Shown here piece after piece: positions 1 through 14,383 of a stretch of 64,000 bases of DNA. The position numbers were made by a program, and so were the translations under genes. The notes beneath the pieces were generated by a model that was given only the letters and a program-made list of their open reading frames with translations, ran no database searches and was not told where the DNA came from. The stretch is from the NCBI GenBank assembly GCA_964016885.1, contig OZ024741.1, positions 169,756,001-169,820,000 of the forward strand, in the 5' to 3' direction. This DNA is from Eledone cirrhosa. Lineage: Eukaryota. Position 1 is the first letter of the stretch. Each line of letters opens with the position of its first letter.

Positions 1-177
1 GAGAGAGAGAGAATGTAAGTTCTAGAGATTCGGGAATATGAGTACAAGTTTAATATGTGCATGTATATATATATGTTGATCTATGTATATATACATATTG
101 TACAAATATGCACATATCTAATTATGTGCATATTTGTACATATATATATGAGGAGTTACTTGCATTCATTTTAGGCA

Positions 178-421
178 TGTACATATTTCCTTAATATAGG
201 TGTACATGTGTGTGTGTGTGTTGTATGTGTATTTATATTGTACATATTTCCTTAATATAGGTGTACATGTGTGTGTGTGTGTTGTATGTGTATTTATATT
301 GTACATATTTCCTTAATATAGGTGTACATGTGTGTGTGTGTGTTGTATGTGTATTTATATTGTACATATTTCCTTAATATAGGTGTACATGTGTGTGTGT
401 GTTGTATGTGTATTTATATTT
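178..421. repeat. Tandem repeat, ~61-bp unit x4
   Basis: TGTACATATTTCCTTAATATAGGTGTACATG(TG)nTTGTATGTGTATTTATAT recurs with a 61-bp period. Confidence 0.95.
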
Positions 422-647
422 AGGTGTTATTTTGTTAACAATTGTTGGACAATAGCATCACTGGTGATAGATTTAGAGCGAACCAATCATCGTTCGATTG
501 CTTTTATGATGAAGAGAGTGTCAAATGTGCGTCTGTGCAATTCAATAACGAACAAGTACTATTCCATCTAATTTTCTTACAAATGTGTATATCCTTCGCT
601 GATACATATAAACGAAAGACATATCCATCACGCAGTATATGGGTATA

Positions 648-834
648 CAGTGAAATTCTGTTATAACGAAATTTATGGGGTATAAAAAAAATTCGTTGTA
701 ACAAAAATTTCTTTATAACGAGATTGACCGAAACACATCGAGTGTTTGTTTGTTATTACCTCGGGGATTGAAAAATATTTCGTTATACTGAAAAATTCGT
801 TATAATGTTATTCGCTATAACGGATCTTTACCTG
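648..834. mobile_element. Tc1/mariner(pogo)-type MITE remnant
   Basis: TA|CAGTGAAATTCTGTTATAACGAA ... TTCGCTATAACGGATCTTTACCTG|TA: imperfect TIRs, TA flanks, internal CGTTATAA repeats. Confidence 0.55.
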
Positions 835-1089
835 TATACTATAAATACAAACTGTGTGCAGAACAAATATATACAATACTATTTTGAAGTTCAGAATAGT
901 ATTTTTAGAAGATTTTTTTTTGTAGCTAGAAGTGTAAGCAAAGCGGTTGACTTAGGAAGCATTGGGAACATTTGATGGTTTGTACCTGTTATTAAAAAGA
1001 CCAGCCCTGTCGCTTCCTCCCCGTGTCATGTTGATTCTGACTGATGATCATATTAAATTTTTTCGTTGCTCTGGATTATTCAGTCTCTC

Positions 1090-1505
1090 TCTTCTGTCGT
1101 CATCGTATCGGTGTTTGACGAACCATGACGTTCCACGCTGTTCGATCTCGGGCGAGATCCCATGCTTCTGCGACTTTGATGTTGAAATTGTCATAAAAGG
1201 ACCTCCCTTGACGACCTCTGGCATGCTTCCCAGGTATTTTTCCTCTAATGGAAAGGTCTTCCAGCATGCCTTTCCTGATGGTAACACCTAGGAACATTAG
1301 TTGTCTCCTTTTAATAGTGAGGAGTATCTCACGTTCCATCCTCACTCTCTTCAAAACCTCTTCATTATTTATTCAATTGACATATGAGATCCTGAATATT
1401 CTGTGATAGAAATACATCTTGGTAGACTCTAGGTATCTCCGTGTCTGATTCGTGAAAGTCCACGATTTACAGCGATAAAGAAGCTTTGACCAGACAAATG
1501 TCTTC
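1090..1505 (-). pseudogene. RTE-clade LINE 3'-end fragment
   Basis: Frameshifted translation IKRRQLMFLG..IRKGMLEDL...GKIPGKHARGRQ...ARDRTAW resembles the RTE C-terminus. Confidence 0.75.
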
Positions 1506-1968
1506 AGTCACTGAGAGGCTAATTCAATGATAGCTGCTGTGGTATTTTTGTGTGACAGACTTAAACACTGCCGCCTGGTATCTGAGTACAAGCATTCGGG
1601 CCAGAACATCGGTTAAAGAATTTTTTTCTTTTATTCTCTCACATGAGGACTCAAAAGGAATTCATGGGCACTGCACTTCCCTCATTGCTTAAGGAGTTAA
1701 AAGAAAAACGAAAACCGAACCGTCCATGTTAGTAATGGTTGTTCAGCGCCCTACTATGATAAAACCTGGTGTGGCTCCCTAAAGGAAACACCGTTAATAC
1801 AGGCATTAACTGAAAATTAACAATTGCCAAGATGACAGCTTTTCACTAGGTTATTACAATGCCATTACTGCCTCTCACAATCTCTACCCATTGTATAATC
1901 TATGGTCTTTTATATAATAGTTTTAGAAATACTTAAACGCTTAAGAGATAGTATACTACACGCTTTAA

Positions 1969-2045
<77 letters not shown>

Positions 2046-2639
2046 GAGATAGAGAAAGAGAAAGAGAAAGAGAGAGTTACCGATAGCATGACTAAGAGAG
2101 AAAGAGATATATAGAGCCAAACGGGCAAGGACAGAAAGAGAAATATAGCGAAAGAGATAGATAAAAAGAAATAGAAAAGACAACACACGTACAATCTCAC
2201 AGACACATACAAAAACACGTACAAACGCACATAAACACAAATATATACACATTCATATATCTCATCTATTCTTTCATAGATTAAGCTTGAGGCGACATTA
2301 TTGAAAATATCAAACAATTTACACAATGGGTGCAGTCTCTCTTCATCATTTGCTAACGTCATAATAACATTTTCTAGGAATATAAATATTACGCAAAGCT
2401 GATTTTCTAAAGAATTAGGTTGTTTAGTTGTGAAAATATTAGCTGGTTTGTTTAGAGTAACAAATAAGTACAAAATCTGACACACCTACACATTGCATGC
2501 TAACACAAGACCGAGACATATACACGAGCGACGGCTTTTGATCATTCGTCTGATCAATTATAAAATAAATCGTAAAATAGATTGAGTAGAGGACAAAAGT
2601 GACTACTCAGCGTGATTGTAAAATAGTTTACGTGGATCT

Positions 2640-3210
2640 TCTTGTGTCATCACCGTATCGGTGTTTGACGAACCATGAAGTTCCACGCTGTTTGATCTCG
2701 GGCGAGATCCCATACTTCTACGGCTGGCTTTCATGTTGAAATTGTCAAAAAGAGGACCTCCTTTGATGACTTCTGGTACGCTAATGGAAAGGTCTTCCAA
2801 CATGCCTTTCCTGATAACATGTCCTAGGAACATTAGTTGTCTCCTTTTAATAATGATCAGTATCTCACGTTCCGTCCGCACTCTCTTCAAAACTGCTTCA
2901 TTATTTATTTGGTTGTGAGGCGGTGGGTTGGCAGTATCAGTAGAGAGTCGGACACCATGCTTTGCAGCATAGAGTGACGATCCTATACGGTCTGAGTTCA
3001 AATCCCGCCGAGGTTAACTTTGCCTTTCATCCTTACGGAGTCGATAAAATAACGCACCAGTAATGTATTGGGGTCGATTTAATCGACTTTCCCCTCTCCC
3101 CAAATTACTGGCCTTGTGCCTATACTAGAAATCATTATTTATTTGGTCGTCATACGAGATCCTGAGTATTCAGCGATAGAAATACATCTCGGTAGACTTG
3201 AGGTATTTCC
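2640..3210 (-). pseudogene. Second RTE LINE 3' fragment, interrupted by a SINE
   Basis: Similar to 1090-1440 (IKRRQLMFLGHVIRKGMLEDL); similarity resumes after the SINE at ~3150. Confidence 0.75.
2918..3133 (+). mobile_element. tRNA-derived SINE (main family)
   Basis: A-box-like TGGCAGTATCAG, B-box GAGTTCAAATCC, central GCCTTTCATCCTTACGG.GTCGATAAAA; imperfect TSD TCATTATTT(T)ATTTGGTYGT. Confidence 0.9.
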
Positions 3211-4799
3211 GTGGACAAGTGGTTCCTAATCCCTTTTTTTGTTGTCGGGTAACTCTTATACTGTACCCATTTCAAATCGTAGAACCCGTACTTTAATTTT
3301 AATAAGGCATTATTAAAATTTTTCTCATGGAAATCTGGGTTGTCCCGGAGCGGACTGGAATCGGGGATAAAAGTGAACATTTAACGTGAGTATATATTCT
3401 TTTTAGGGGAGAATGTTTCAATATATTTTCAGTTACGAGGGTCTAATTTCTAATTTTAAATCTCACCCATGTCAACTTTGCCTTTTATCCTTCCAGGTTC
3501 GATAATATAGTACCAGTCAAGTACTGAAAGCAATATAATGGGTTTCCCTTTCCCTCAAATTGTTCGCCATGAGCCAATGTTAAAAAGAAGTGAGAAGGGT
3601 ATTTTATCAATGCCATCAAATTACATGAGGTGGAGTGTAGTGAATAAAACAGCTACAGCTACAAGCCTAAAATGTCATTACGATCTTCACTATTTAGAAA
3701 TCTTTATACCTTCATATACAGCCGTTGGCACAGACAACATTTCAATTTGTTAACAATTGTCTTTTCGTGATTGCAGATATTTTACTTTCGAATCTTTTGA
3801 AGTTTATCATTTCCTTTCTGTTTTTGTTTTGTTTTCAGTTGTTTCTGTTTTGTTCTTTTAATTTTTATATAATTGCTATATCGGGAATATTTTGTTAAGA
3901 GTAAATTGTCTGCATCAGGCAAAACGCCAAACGGTTTTATTGAATTGCTATAATTTCATTTTATAATAAGCTACCGTTTTTTCGGAATTTAATTTTATCA
4001 TCCAAAATATCTCAGTTTCTTAAGACATTTGATACCTCTCACTTGCAATATCTTCTGGCATAAAAAAAATTTGGCATTAAAGATTCTGGCATGAAATGTA
4101 GAACAAAACAGAATCTCTGTCATGTTTTTATATCCCGCGAGGCCTAACTACTAACAATTACTGGGAAAGCCACGGGGGAGATTTATATATGCTATTGCTA
4201 AGAATGTGGCAAAAAGGAATTCGAAACCCTAGCCTTCGATTTCATGACAGTAGTAATAATGATTTCTAACTTTGGTAAGAGATCAAACATTTGTAAGGAA
4301 GGGGTAAAAATAAATGCGCCATCGTCAGTTTCGACCATGAATCGTGTAATTAACGTATAATTGACTGAGTATTCCATAGACCGTTAAGTATGCTCTTAAC
4401 TTAATTCAGTGAGAGATTCTTCAGAGTGTCACAATATGTGTTATGGCTAGACTGTTGAATTACAGGCTTCTAAACACTTTATGTCCACGCCATTTCACCC
4501 ATAAATCTTGGTCCGATTCGCTATGGTAAAATACACTGGAATAAGATGACATGCAAAGTGTGTCATCTTAGGCAAGCGATTATAATTATAAAACAAACTG
4601 CAGCCTTCATCCAGGAAGAAGTATTGTCGAAGAAATCGAGGACAATCTATATGGTCATACAAACTTTTAGAAATGATAGCTAAATCTCCATTCAATCATA
4701 AGAACCTGTTATGTATATATATATAACCAACCCAAACCAAACAGTGACTGTGTTCTGTTATTATTTCTGGCAATATTATAACAATATGACCCTCCCCAA

Positions 4800-5415
<616 letters not shown>

Positions 5416-5455
5416 AATGATGTGAGAAAAACCACAGACCCTCCATCTCAACTCT

Positions 5456-5490
5456 ACTTTTGAAAAGCAGAACTGCGAAACCGGTAAAGG
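5456..5490 (+). ncRNA. Minimal type I hammerhead ribozyme, U3-A8 core (family A)
   Basis: CTT TTGAAAA GCAG aa CTGC GAAAC CG GTA AAG; palindromic ACCGGT stem III. Confidence 0.8.
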
Positions 5491-5547
5491 AACCAAACAA
5501 ATATATATATAATTTTAAAAAATAAGACTCCAGTTGCATTTTCGATT

Positions 5548-5648
<101 letters not shown>

Positions 5649-5830
5649 AGATATCGTTATAGGTAATCCAATTATAGTTCTAGCGTACGGCGTTGTATGA
5701 CTCAAAAGGTGTTTACATAGATGACGTGTTTATGATTTCACTTGTATTCCTATGTAAGTTTATCTTGGAGTAATAAAATTGAAAAAGTGGAGAATAACAT
5801 AGTCAACAGTCCAAAAAAGGAGATTTATTT

Positions 5831-5944
5831 ACAGTCTAACAATTGTTTCACTGATAGAGTTGTCTAAAAATTGCGAAACAACACTGAAAGTAGTGCCACT
5901 CAATTTAAATAACATGTTGGCCCAATCATATCTTCAGAGACTGT
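5831..5944 (-). ncRNA. Hammerhead ribozyme with long stem II
   Basis: ACAGTCT CTGAAGA T...~80 nt...T GAAAC AATT GTT AGACTGT; perfect 7-bp stem I. Confidence 0.75.
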
Positions 5945-6142
5945 TAAAAAATATAAATATATGCGTAACCGGCAAATTTACAAATTCAAATTACCACATA
6001 AATGATAATATTAATAATAAAGATATAGAGAGAAAAAAGGAAGGGGGATAGATATAGTAAAGAGAGAAAGGAAGGGAAGAAGAAAGACGAAGAAGGAAAA
6101 AGAAAAAGAGATAGCGAAAGAAGAAGAAGAAGGGAACATTCG

Positions 6143-6325
6143 CTGGATTGGCAGTATCAGTAGAGGGTCGGACACTATGCTTTCCAGCATAGTTACGTCC
6201 CTTTATGATCTGAGTTCAAATCCCGCCGAGGTTGACTTTACCTTTCATCCTTACGGGGTCGATAAAATAAAGTACCAGTAATGCACTGGGTAATTGCTGG
6301 CCTTGTGCCCAAAGTAGAAACAATT
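6143..6325 (+). mobile_element. tRNA-derived SINE (main family) inside a PLE 3' UTR
   Basis: Same head, core and tail as 2918-3133. Confidence 0.9.
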
Positions 6326-7285
6326 ATTACAGCTAAAAATAAGATGTATAGAATATGATAGAAAAACACAAGTAGAGATATCGTAGGATAGAGAGAAAAA
6401 TGACGAGAGGTAAACAGACGAGTATGATAGACAAACACAAGTAGAAATAAGATAGAGAGAAGAAGGTAGAGGGGCAAATAGATGAATAAACGTTAATACA
6501 TGAATAAATGTAAGTAAAAATAAAGATAGATATATGAGGAAATGAATGAAAAAATATATAAAAAATATATATATAAAAAATTGATAGATAAATAAATAAG
6601 TAAATAAATAAATAAATAAATAAATAAACAAATTACATCTAATGTAATATAAAATGGTATAATATGTGAAAAGTGAAGATGAAAATAAATAAATAAATGT
6701 GTAAAAAAGTACGGAGAATATTTAAACATGTTAAGATTATTGAGAATAGTTTTTGATAATTGTTAAATATATTTATGTGTGTATTGGTTATTTTAATAAG
6801 TAAATGAACTAGTTTTAAGATATATTATATGATAAGATAAAATGACCGAGATAAAATAAAATAAGTTTAGGGAGAGAAATGCAAAGATAGAGAGTGAAAG
6901 ATAGAGATATGTAAAATAAGAATGTAAATATAAGAGGTTTTTATGCTGTTCTTTGGTAATTATAATGGTGCAGATGCTGCTGATAATGTGATATCATAGT
7001 AGATCCAAATGGTACAATCAGGGTTATGGAATAGATAAAATGGAATTAAGTTGGTCTAAAGTTCTCAAATTTCGTTACTGATTTATGTCGACAAAAAATA
7101 ATTCGTTCAATTTTACTGTTAAGAAGAATTTTGTTGAAATTTAGAATTTTTCTTCTTCCTTTCTCTCTTTACTATATCTATCCCCCTTCCTTTTTTTCTC
7201 TCTATATCTTTATTATTAATATTATTATTGATGTGGCAATCTGAATTTGTAAATTTGCCAGTTACGCATATATTTATATTTTTTG

Positions 7286-7395
7286 ACAGTCTCTGAAGAT
7301 ATGATGTGGCAAACATGTATTTGAAATTGAGTGGCACTACTTTCAGTGTTTAGCAATTTTAGACAACTCTATCTGTGAAACAATTGTTAGATTGT
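7286..7395 (+). ncRNA. Hammerhead ribozyme with long stem II (inverted copy of 5831-5944)
   Basis: ACAGTCT CTGAAGA ... GAAAC AATT GTT AGATTGT; a C>T change keeps stem I as G.U. Confidence 0.75.
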
Positions 7396-7445
7396 AAATA
7401 AATCTCCTTTTTTGTACTGTTGACCATGTTATTCTCCACTTTTTC

Positions 7446-7521
<76 letters not shown>

Positions 7522-7527
<6 letters not shown>

Positions 7528-8258
7528 CTTTGTCTCGCTGTCTGTCACTCTGTTCCTATGCATTTTCTAACGGCTGGACCAAATCAAATCAAATTTTACA
7601 AGGTAATAGTATAAGACGTCCGGGAGTGTCAACATGTAATCTTTATTTTCATTTGGATTAAAACAATATAAGATTTTATCTAAAATGATATTTTATAGTC
7701 AACTATAGTAAACCATCACCACCACCACCACCACCACCACGACACACATGCATCTACACATATATATACATATGTGATAACAGACAGGTGTGTGTGAATG
7801 TATGTCTGTGTGTGTCTGTTTTAGTATATGTATGTGAGTGTATGTGAGAGTGTGTGTGAGTGTATATGAGAGTGTATGTGTGTGTGAGTGTATGTGTGAT
7901 AATTTTTATTTTCATTTAGATTAAAACAATAGGACGTCATATTTTGTATATGAATATGTATGAGTCTGTTAGTGTGTGTGTGTGTTTGCGCGTTCATTAG
8001 GTACGTTATTGAATACACACACACACATCTACACATACATGAATTACACAATGAATATTGTTTACTCTAAGGTGCTTCAAAATTGACAGATTTTCATTTC
8101 TAAATTCTATTATCATTGCAATTTTTGATATTTTTGATATTTTAAAAACTTTTGATATTTTGAAATAATTATGAGAAAAAAAACCATCTTCATATTTATT
8201 GTTTACTAATCTGAATAAGAACAGCAGAAAGCCGGGCAGCGCCGGGTAATTCAGCTAG
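7522..8258 (+). mobile_element. Non-autonomous Helitron-like element
   Basis: 5' GTCTGTC...AACGGCTGGACC...AAATTT motif; 3' hairpin CCGGGCAGCGCCGG followed by CTAG|T. Confidence 0.6.
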
Positions 8259-8289
<31 letters not shown>

Positions 8290-8558
8290 GTGTGTCCCGG
8301 GTTCAATAGAGGGTAACCACAGTAAGTAAGGTACTTAATACATTAGTAGAATGTAAACAGCAAATTTAATATAGAAATTATAACCATTTCTATATTCAAT
8401 TTGTTTTATATATAACTCATCTAACGTCCGATATGCTGAAACCTGTATGTAAATACATACATCAATACATACATGCATACATACATACATACCTATGTAT
8501 GTATGTATGTATGTATGTATGTATGTATGTATGTATGTATGTATGTATGTATGTATGT

Positions 8559-11000
8559 ACTTCTGGTTTTATAATTTCATAACTTGTTTACCAATAGAGA
8601 GAGAGTCGCTTTCTAACATAGACACAAGACTCTCTCATTGGAATTTACACAACATCAACTAGGTAGAGTATGTATGCATGCATGCATGTGTAGATATGGA
8701 TGTTATTGTATGTGTGGATGTGTATGTTTTGAGTTGTATGTGTGCATGCGTATATGCTTTGTATCTGTACATGTTTATATGCAGTTATTAGATGCAACAT
8801 TTTTGGAATGTTTTACATACTTTTACTGTTCCATTAATGGATTGTACTTGTAATTTTCTAACTAGGTGTGTTCTTTCTGTTCCTGTGAAGCCTAGAGATT
8901 TGTATTGAGGCAGTTACTAACATACCCCAGTGCCCCAATAATCACAGGCATAAATCTGAAGGTGTAATCAGGGTGGAGTATCTGCAGATTTCTTATCAGT
9001 TCTGCATAAATATTCTCTGGTTACGCGTTCCTTATTACAGATACCATTATAGGATATGTTCTCATCTATTCCCAGTTATCTGTAGCAGTCCTCATCAGAT
9101 ATCGGTGAAACAGTTAGACCATTGATGACAATGTTGCTAGATTGGGTTGTTGTTTTCCCCCGGCTTTACAGTCATGTATGAGCATTTATCTTGGCCAAAC
9201 TCCATTCCTATATCCTTTGAGAACGTTGTAACCAGGTCAAGATTTTTCTTCATCCCATCCATATTCTTGGCATAGAGTTTCAGATCGTCCACAAAGAAAT
9301 TATGGGTTAGGTTTGTATTTCTGTCCTCCTGTGAGCCAATGATGTATCTCTCACATTTCTTGAGCAGAAAGGACAAGGGGTTTAATGACAAGATGAATAA
9401 TATCACAGAAAGACTGTCCCCCTGAAATATACCCCTGCGATATTTTATTTTATCAGTGAAAATAGAGTCCTCCTTCTCTGTCTTTAACTTTAGGATAGTA
9501 GCCGAAGAAGAAGACAGTCTCTCTATGGTTCTGACAATAATGTCTGGGACTTTAGCAAGTTGGAGGGCCTCTATCGTCCAAGAGTGGGGAACAGAATCGA
9601 AAGCTTTCCTGTAGTCCATCCAGACTGTAGCCATATTCCTCCTAAGTTGTCGCACCTCCGACATCGCAGTTTTGTTGATTAGGAGTTGTTCAGCACATCC
9701 CCAAACCCCTTTCTTTCCAGCTGCTTGTTCATCTGTGATGATGTTATTATTTTCTCAGTGATCTTGGAGGAATAGGTTCAGGCAGGCTGTATACATCTTA
9801 TACATCAGGTTCTGGCATGCAATGGGTCGATAGTTTTTTGCCAAGTGGTTGTCTTTGTTCTTGGGGACCAGTAATCTTTGTGCTAATGTCAACCATTATT
9901 GTATAAGTGTATCTACCTTAAGAACTTGTTGGTAGAGGTCAGTAAGATACCTCCGATAAAATATCAGGTTTTTGTACCAGTAGCCGACAATCATGTCTCT
10001 TCCTGGTGTTTTCTTTTCTTGGAGTTTTCCTATCACAGTCTCAAGGGTACCCTCACTTATTTCGTATGTTTTTGTTGTAGTGTAGGAGCAATAGTTCTTT
10101 AGGATTTCTCTTAGCCACACTGCATCTTGGTTGAAATTCTTCTTTTCACCCATATTTTTCTCCAAAAGATACTATATCTTTCTGGGATGGGGCCTGAGTG
10201 GCACTTATTATTTTGTTCTTCATATCTCTATAGACTTATGTTTGGTTTCGTCTGAATGTTTTATTAAGCACTTTTCTCTCATCTACCTTCTTTAGGTATC
10301 AGCGTTTTTCGCTAACAGCTCTCAATTCTTGTTTGAGGGTGATCATCTTATATTGAAGTGTTCTGGTTCTACTGTTACCAAACATCGTCTCTATTTTATT
10401 TTTCACTCTTTGTTGGTGAGGATTGAGGTTTTTTTGTGTTTGTTTGCATGTAAGGAGCATTGTCACATATCCTATGTTTTTTCGTAGGTCAGCAATCTTT
10501 TTTTCTATTTTAGTTACATATGATGGTATTTTTGGTGGTGTTCTGTTCTTGTTAATATCTCTGCTATCACCAAGATAATGCTTCACTGTCGTTGCTAAGG
10601 CATGTATGTATGTATGTATGTTATCTCTTTCTCTTAATTTAGAGTATATTATGTATGTATGTATGTACGTACGTACGTACGTACGTACGTATGTATGTAT
10701 GTATGTATGTATGTATGTATGTTCTTCTTTTTGGTAAATATCATCTTGGTTAAGAGAGTGGGACTGGCTTTGTGCAGTGCCTTTGCTCACTATAAAAGCT
10801 TCATGGCACAGGCATTGTTTTGTATCTGGAGATCTCTCTGTACTTGTCATCACATGGTACCATGGTCCCAGCACTATGTGTCAATAATTGTCACAAGTGT
10901 GTTTGTACCAGAGTTTTCAAGTCGCTGGCTGGACTAAAAGTCACTCATTCAGCAGGATATAAAGTAGTGGCCGTACTCGAAAACGAGTTGGCAGCCACCA
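8559..11000 (-). mobile_element. Internally deleted R4/Dong-like non-LTR retrotransposon in (TATG)n
   Basis: RT motifs KTPGRD, RPIAC.N..YK, DYRKAFDSVPH, GIFQGDSLS, FVDDLKLY; C-terminal PVIIGALG; both ends abut (TATG)n. Confidence 0.85.
9137..9664 (-). pseudogene. Reverse transcriptase fragment (R4/Dong-like)
   Basis: ORF track: WMDYRKAFDSVPHSW, RGIFQGDSLS, FFVDDLKLY, GMEFGQDKC. Confidence 0.9.
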
Positions 11001-11519
11001 TGTATGTATGTATGTATGTATGTATGTATGTATGTATGTATGTATGTATGTATGTATGTATGTATGTATGTATGTATGTATGTATGTATGTATGTATGTA
11101 TGTATTGATGTATTGATGTATTTATGTATGTATGTAAAAAAGCTTCATGCACAGCCATCGATTGATATGTGACATTTTTGTGATGCATGGTATTGCTGGC
11201 CACAGGCAAGTCCCTAGCAGGACTAAAAAGACACGTCCATGATACTAATGGTTAAGTGGTTAAGTGTTAAACGATGGCATTACTCGAACTAGAGTTGCAG
11301 CCACCATCTATGCATGTTTGTATGTATGTATGTATGTATGTATGTATGTATGTATGTATGTATGTATGTATGTATGTATGTGTGTATGTATATATATAAA
11401 ATGTATGTATGTATGTATGTATGTATGTATGTATGTATGTATGTATGTATGTATGTATGTATGTATGTATGTATGTATGTATGTGTGTGTGTATGTATAT
11501 ATATAAAATGTATATATAA

Positions 11520-12840
11520 AAATATCCTTCTCTACTACTCCTAACCTAGCAGACATCATAGGAACAACGAACCACAGTAAGATCACCAAGACACAGCACC
11601 TCGACACAGACGCACCTACACCTGACAATAACTATATCGGCCTTAACAACTCCCTGACAGCATCCAATAGTGTTGGCAACGGCATCCGCAGACGCAACCA
11701 GAATGACCGCGAAGTGACTGGGGAACATGCAGAACATGACGTGCGGAATAACAATCGCACCATCCCGCGTGCTGTGGGTTGTAATTGTGCTAACGACAGC
11801 TGCGATAGCGTAGGTAACAACGTAGGCAGCAACAATGATAGCCTTACCGTGGGAAATAGACGGAACCGCGACAGAAATTGCAACTGCCGCGACAGAGGAC
11901 GCTGCCCCCTTAGAGGATACTGCCTGACTGATAGGGTTATATATAGATGCACTATTACTAGCCACAATAGCGTTAAACATTATATAGGGGCCACCTCCGG
12001 CCCGTTCAAAATTAGGTTTCGAACACATCTCCACTCTTTCACAAATAGAAAACTAAGGCACTCCACTTCGCTCGCGGACTACATCACATCACTACAGCTT
12101 CTCTACGCACTGGGAGATTGTCGGCAGGGCTGCACCGTACAACTTCAAGAGGAAATGCGATCTTTGCCTCATGGAGCTCTACCACATCATAACTGCACCC
12201 CACGAGCTCATCAACAGCAGAGCTGAAACAGCGATAAGTTGTACACATCGCTTAAAAATATCCTTCTTTAGATGGGTAAAGAATGAAGAGTGAAATAGTA
12301 CACTGGATCTCCCTGCAACAAGTCTTAACACCCCGGCGGGCAGGCTCAGCAAAATAACACCCAGAAAACAATCCTTGCATACCAGACCCAGCCTCAGACA
12401 AACGGATGCGGCAAAAAAAAAAAAAAAAAAAAATTATCCGGGAAAGACTGCCCTAACACCGGCCAGAGTTACCTCCCTTGACCTGCTGCAAAATCAAAAC
12501 AAGATATTTTTGCGAGCAATGAATCTTGATGTAGATTTAACCCCCCAAACTCTTTCCGAACTATATAAGGAACACTTGTGATTATTTATGCCCTTGAGAA
12601 GCCCAACTGGGCGAAACGTACGTAGGTGATATTTTAAAAAAACATGTTTTAACGGTCTATTCTCCGATTTTTTACTTTCCCACGTGCTTACGCTCTGCTA
12701 ACTATCTAGCCCACTAAATATTAACACTTTGAATATTTAATACTGCCGGCACTAGTATCGAGCACCTTTGGCATACGCTACTTGGCAAATAACTATATGT
12801 ATCACCTATCCCTCCTTTTTCTCTCTTTCTCGATACGTAA
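11520..12840 (+). mobile_element. 5'-truncated Naiad-like PLE (GIY-YIG C-terminus, 3' UTR, HHR)
   Basis: CNCRDRGRCPLRGYC (CxCx5C), VIY...HYIGATSGPFKIRFRTH; frameshifted CDLCLME...LIN...CTH; ends in (TA)n. Confidence 0.85.
12590..12628 (+). ncRNA. Minimal hammerhead ribozyme, U3-A8 core
   Basis: CC TTGAGAA GCCCA ac TGGGC GAAAC GTAC GTA GG; palindromic ACGTACGT. Confidence 0.8.
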
Positions 12841-12876
12841 ATACTATATATATATATATTTATTAAAATAATAGAT

Positions 12877-12910
<34 letters not shown>

Positions 12911-12914
<4 letters not shown>

Positions 12915-13217
12915 AAAAAGAGATGAAATCGAAAATGCAACTGAAGTCTTATTTTTTTAAAAATATATATATTTATTTGGTTCCTTTACCGGTTTCGCAG
13001 TTCTTCTGCTTTTCAAAAGATGTGAGAAAAACCACAGACCCTCCATCTCAACTCACCTTTTGAAAAGCAGAAGAACTGCGAAACCGGTAAAGGAACCAAA
13101 TAAATATATATATTTAAAAAAAAAAAAAAAAAAAAAAAAATAAGACTTCAGTTGCATTTATACTTTCACTCGTGTAGGACACCTCGGTTATTTTTCATTT
13201 TGTAAAAAAAACCTCAC

Positions 13218-13224
<7 letters not shown>
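12911..13224. mobile_element. Family A fold-back cassette with two inverted HHRs (12983-13019 -, 13056-13093 +)
   Basis: CCTT TTGAAAA GCAG aagaa CTGC GAAAC CG GTA AAGG and its reverse complement; (TA)n on both sides. Confidence 0.85.
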
Positions 13225-13304
<80 letters not shown>

Positions 13305-13393
13305 TACATACATACATACATACATACATACATACATACATACATACAAATATATATATATATATATTTCTTTTTTTTTTAAATTTTCTTTTT

Positions 13394-13450
<57 letters not shown>

Positions 13451-13544
13451 TTGCTGCTCGTGCAATGGCCATACTCGATAACGAGGGGGCAGCCATCATG
13501 TATGTATGTATGTATGTATGTATGTATGTATGTATGTATGTATG

Positions 13545-13950
13545 TATCTTGTTCTGGTTTTATAATTTCCCAAATTTTTGCCAATAGAGAGAGAGCCGGT
13601 TTCTAACATAGTTACAAGACTGTCTCATTGGAATTTACACATCAACATGTGTGTGCAGGTATGGATGTTATTGTATGTGTGGATGTGGATGTTTTCAATT
13701 ATATGTGTGCACGTGCATATGCTTTGTATCTGTACATGTGTATATGCAGTTATTAATGCAACATTTTTGGAATGTTTTACATATTTTTACTGTTCCATTA
13801 ATGGCTTGTACTTGTAATTTCCTAACTAGTCAAGTTCTTTCTGGTTCTTTGTATTGAGGCAGTTCCTAACATATCCCAGTGCCCCAATAATCACAGGTAT
13901 AAATCTGAAAGTATAGTCAGGGTGGAGTATCTGCAGATTTCTCATTAGTT
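13545..13950 (-). mobile_element. R4/Dong-like 3'-end fragment
   Basis: Similar to 8559-9000 and 20073-20530; abuts (TATG)n. Confidence 0.8.
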
Positions 13951-14196
13951 AATGAGTGTGTATTTTAGTAAGTGCGTCTGTGTTTGCGCGTTTATATTTA
14001 TTCTGGTGCTTTATATTATCGACCCCTTAAGGATAAAAGGCAAAGGTAACCTTGGCCGCATCTCTATGCTTCTACCGATACAGCCAATCCATCGCCCTTT
14101 GAATGGAGATAATAATGGTATTTCTTGTTGTTATCATTGTTGCTGCCATCAGTATTGTAATTATCATTGTTATTACCATTATTTCTGAACTATTAG

Positions 14197-14383
14197 GGCG
14201 GTGGATTGGCAGTATCGGTAGAGGGTCAGACACCATGCTTTCCAGCATAGTTACGTCCCTTTACGATCTGAGTTCAAATCCCGCCGAGGTTGACTTTGCC
14301 TTTCATCCTTACGAGGTCGATAAAATAAAGTACCAGTAATGCACTGGAATAATTGATGGCCTTGTGCCAAAAGTAGAAACAAT
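14197..14383 (+). mobile_element. tRNA-derived SINE with TSD
   Basis: Full-length; TSD ATTATTTCTGAACTATT on both sides. Confidence 0.92.

Larger units (their letters stand above)
5765..7450 (-). mobile_element. 5'-truncated Naiad-like PLE with inverted terminal repeat
   Basis: Minus strand ~7130-7055 encodes ILLNSKIERII..CRHKSVTKFENF (EN C-terminus); 5770-6070 is inverted at 7160-7450 and ends in (TA)n. Confidence 0.7.
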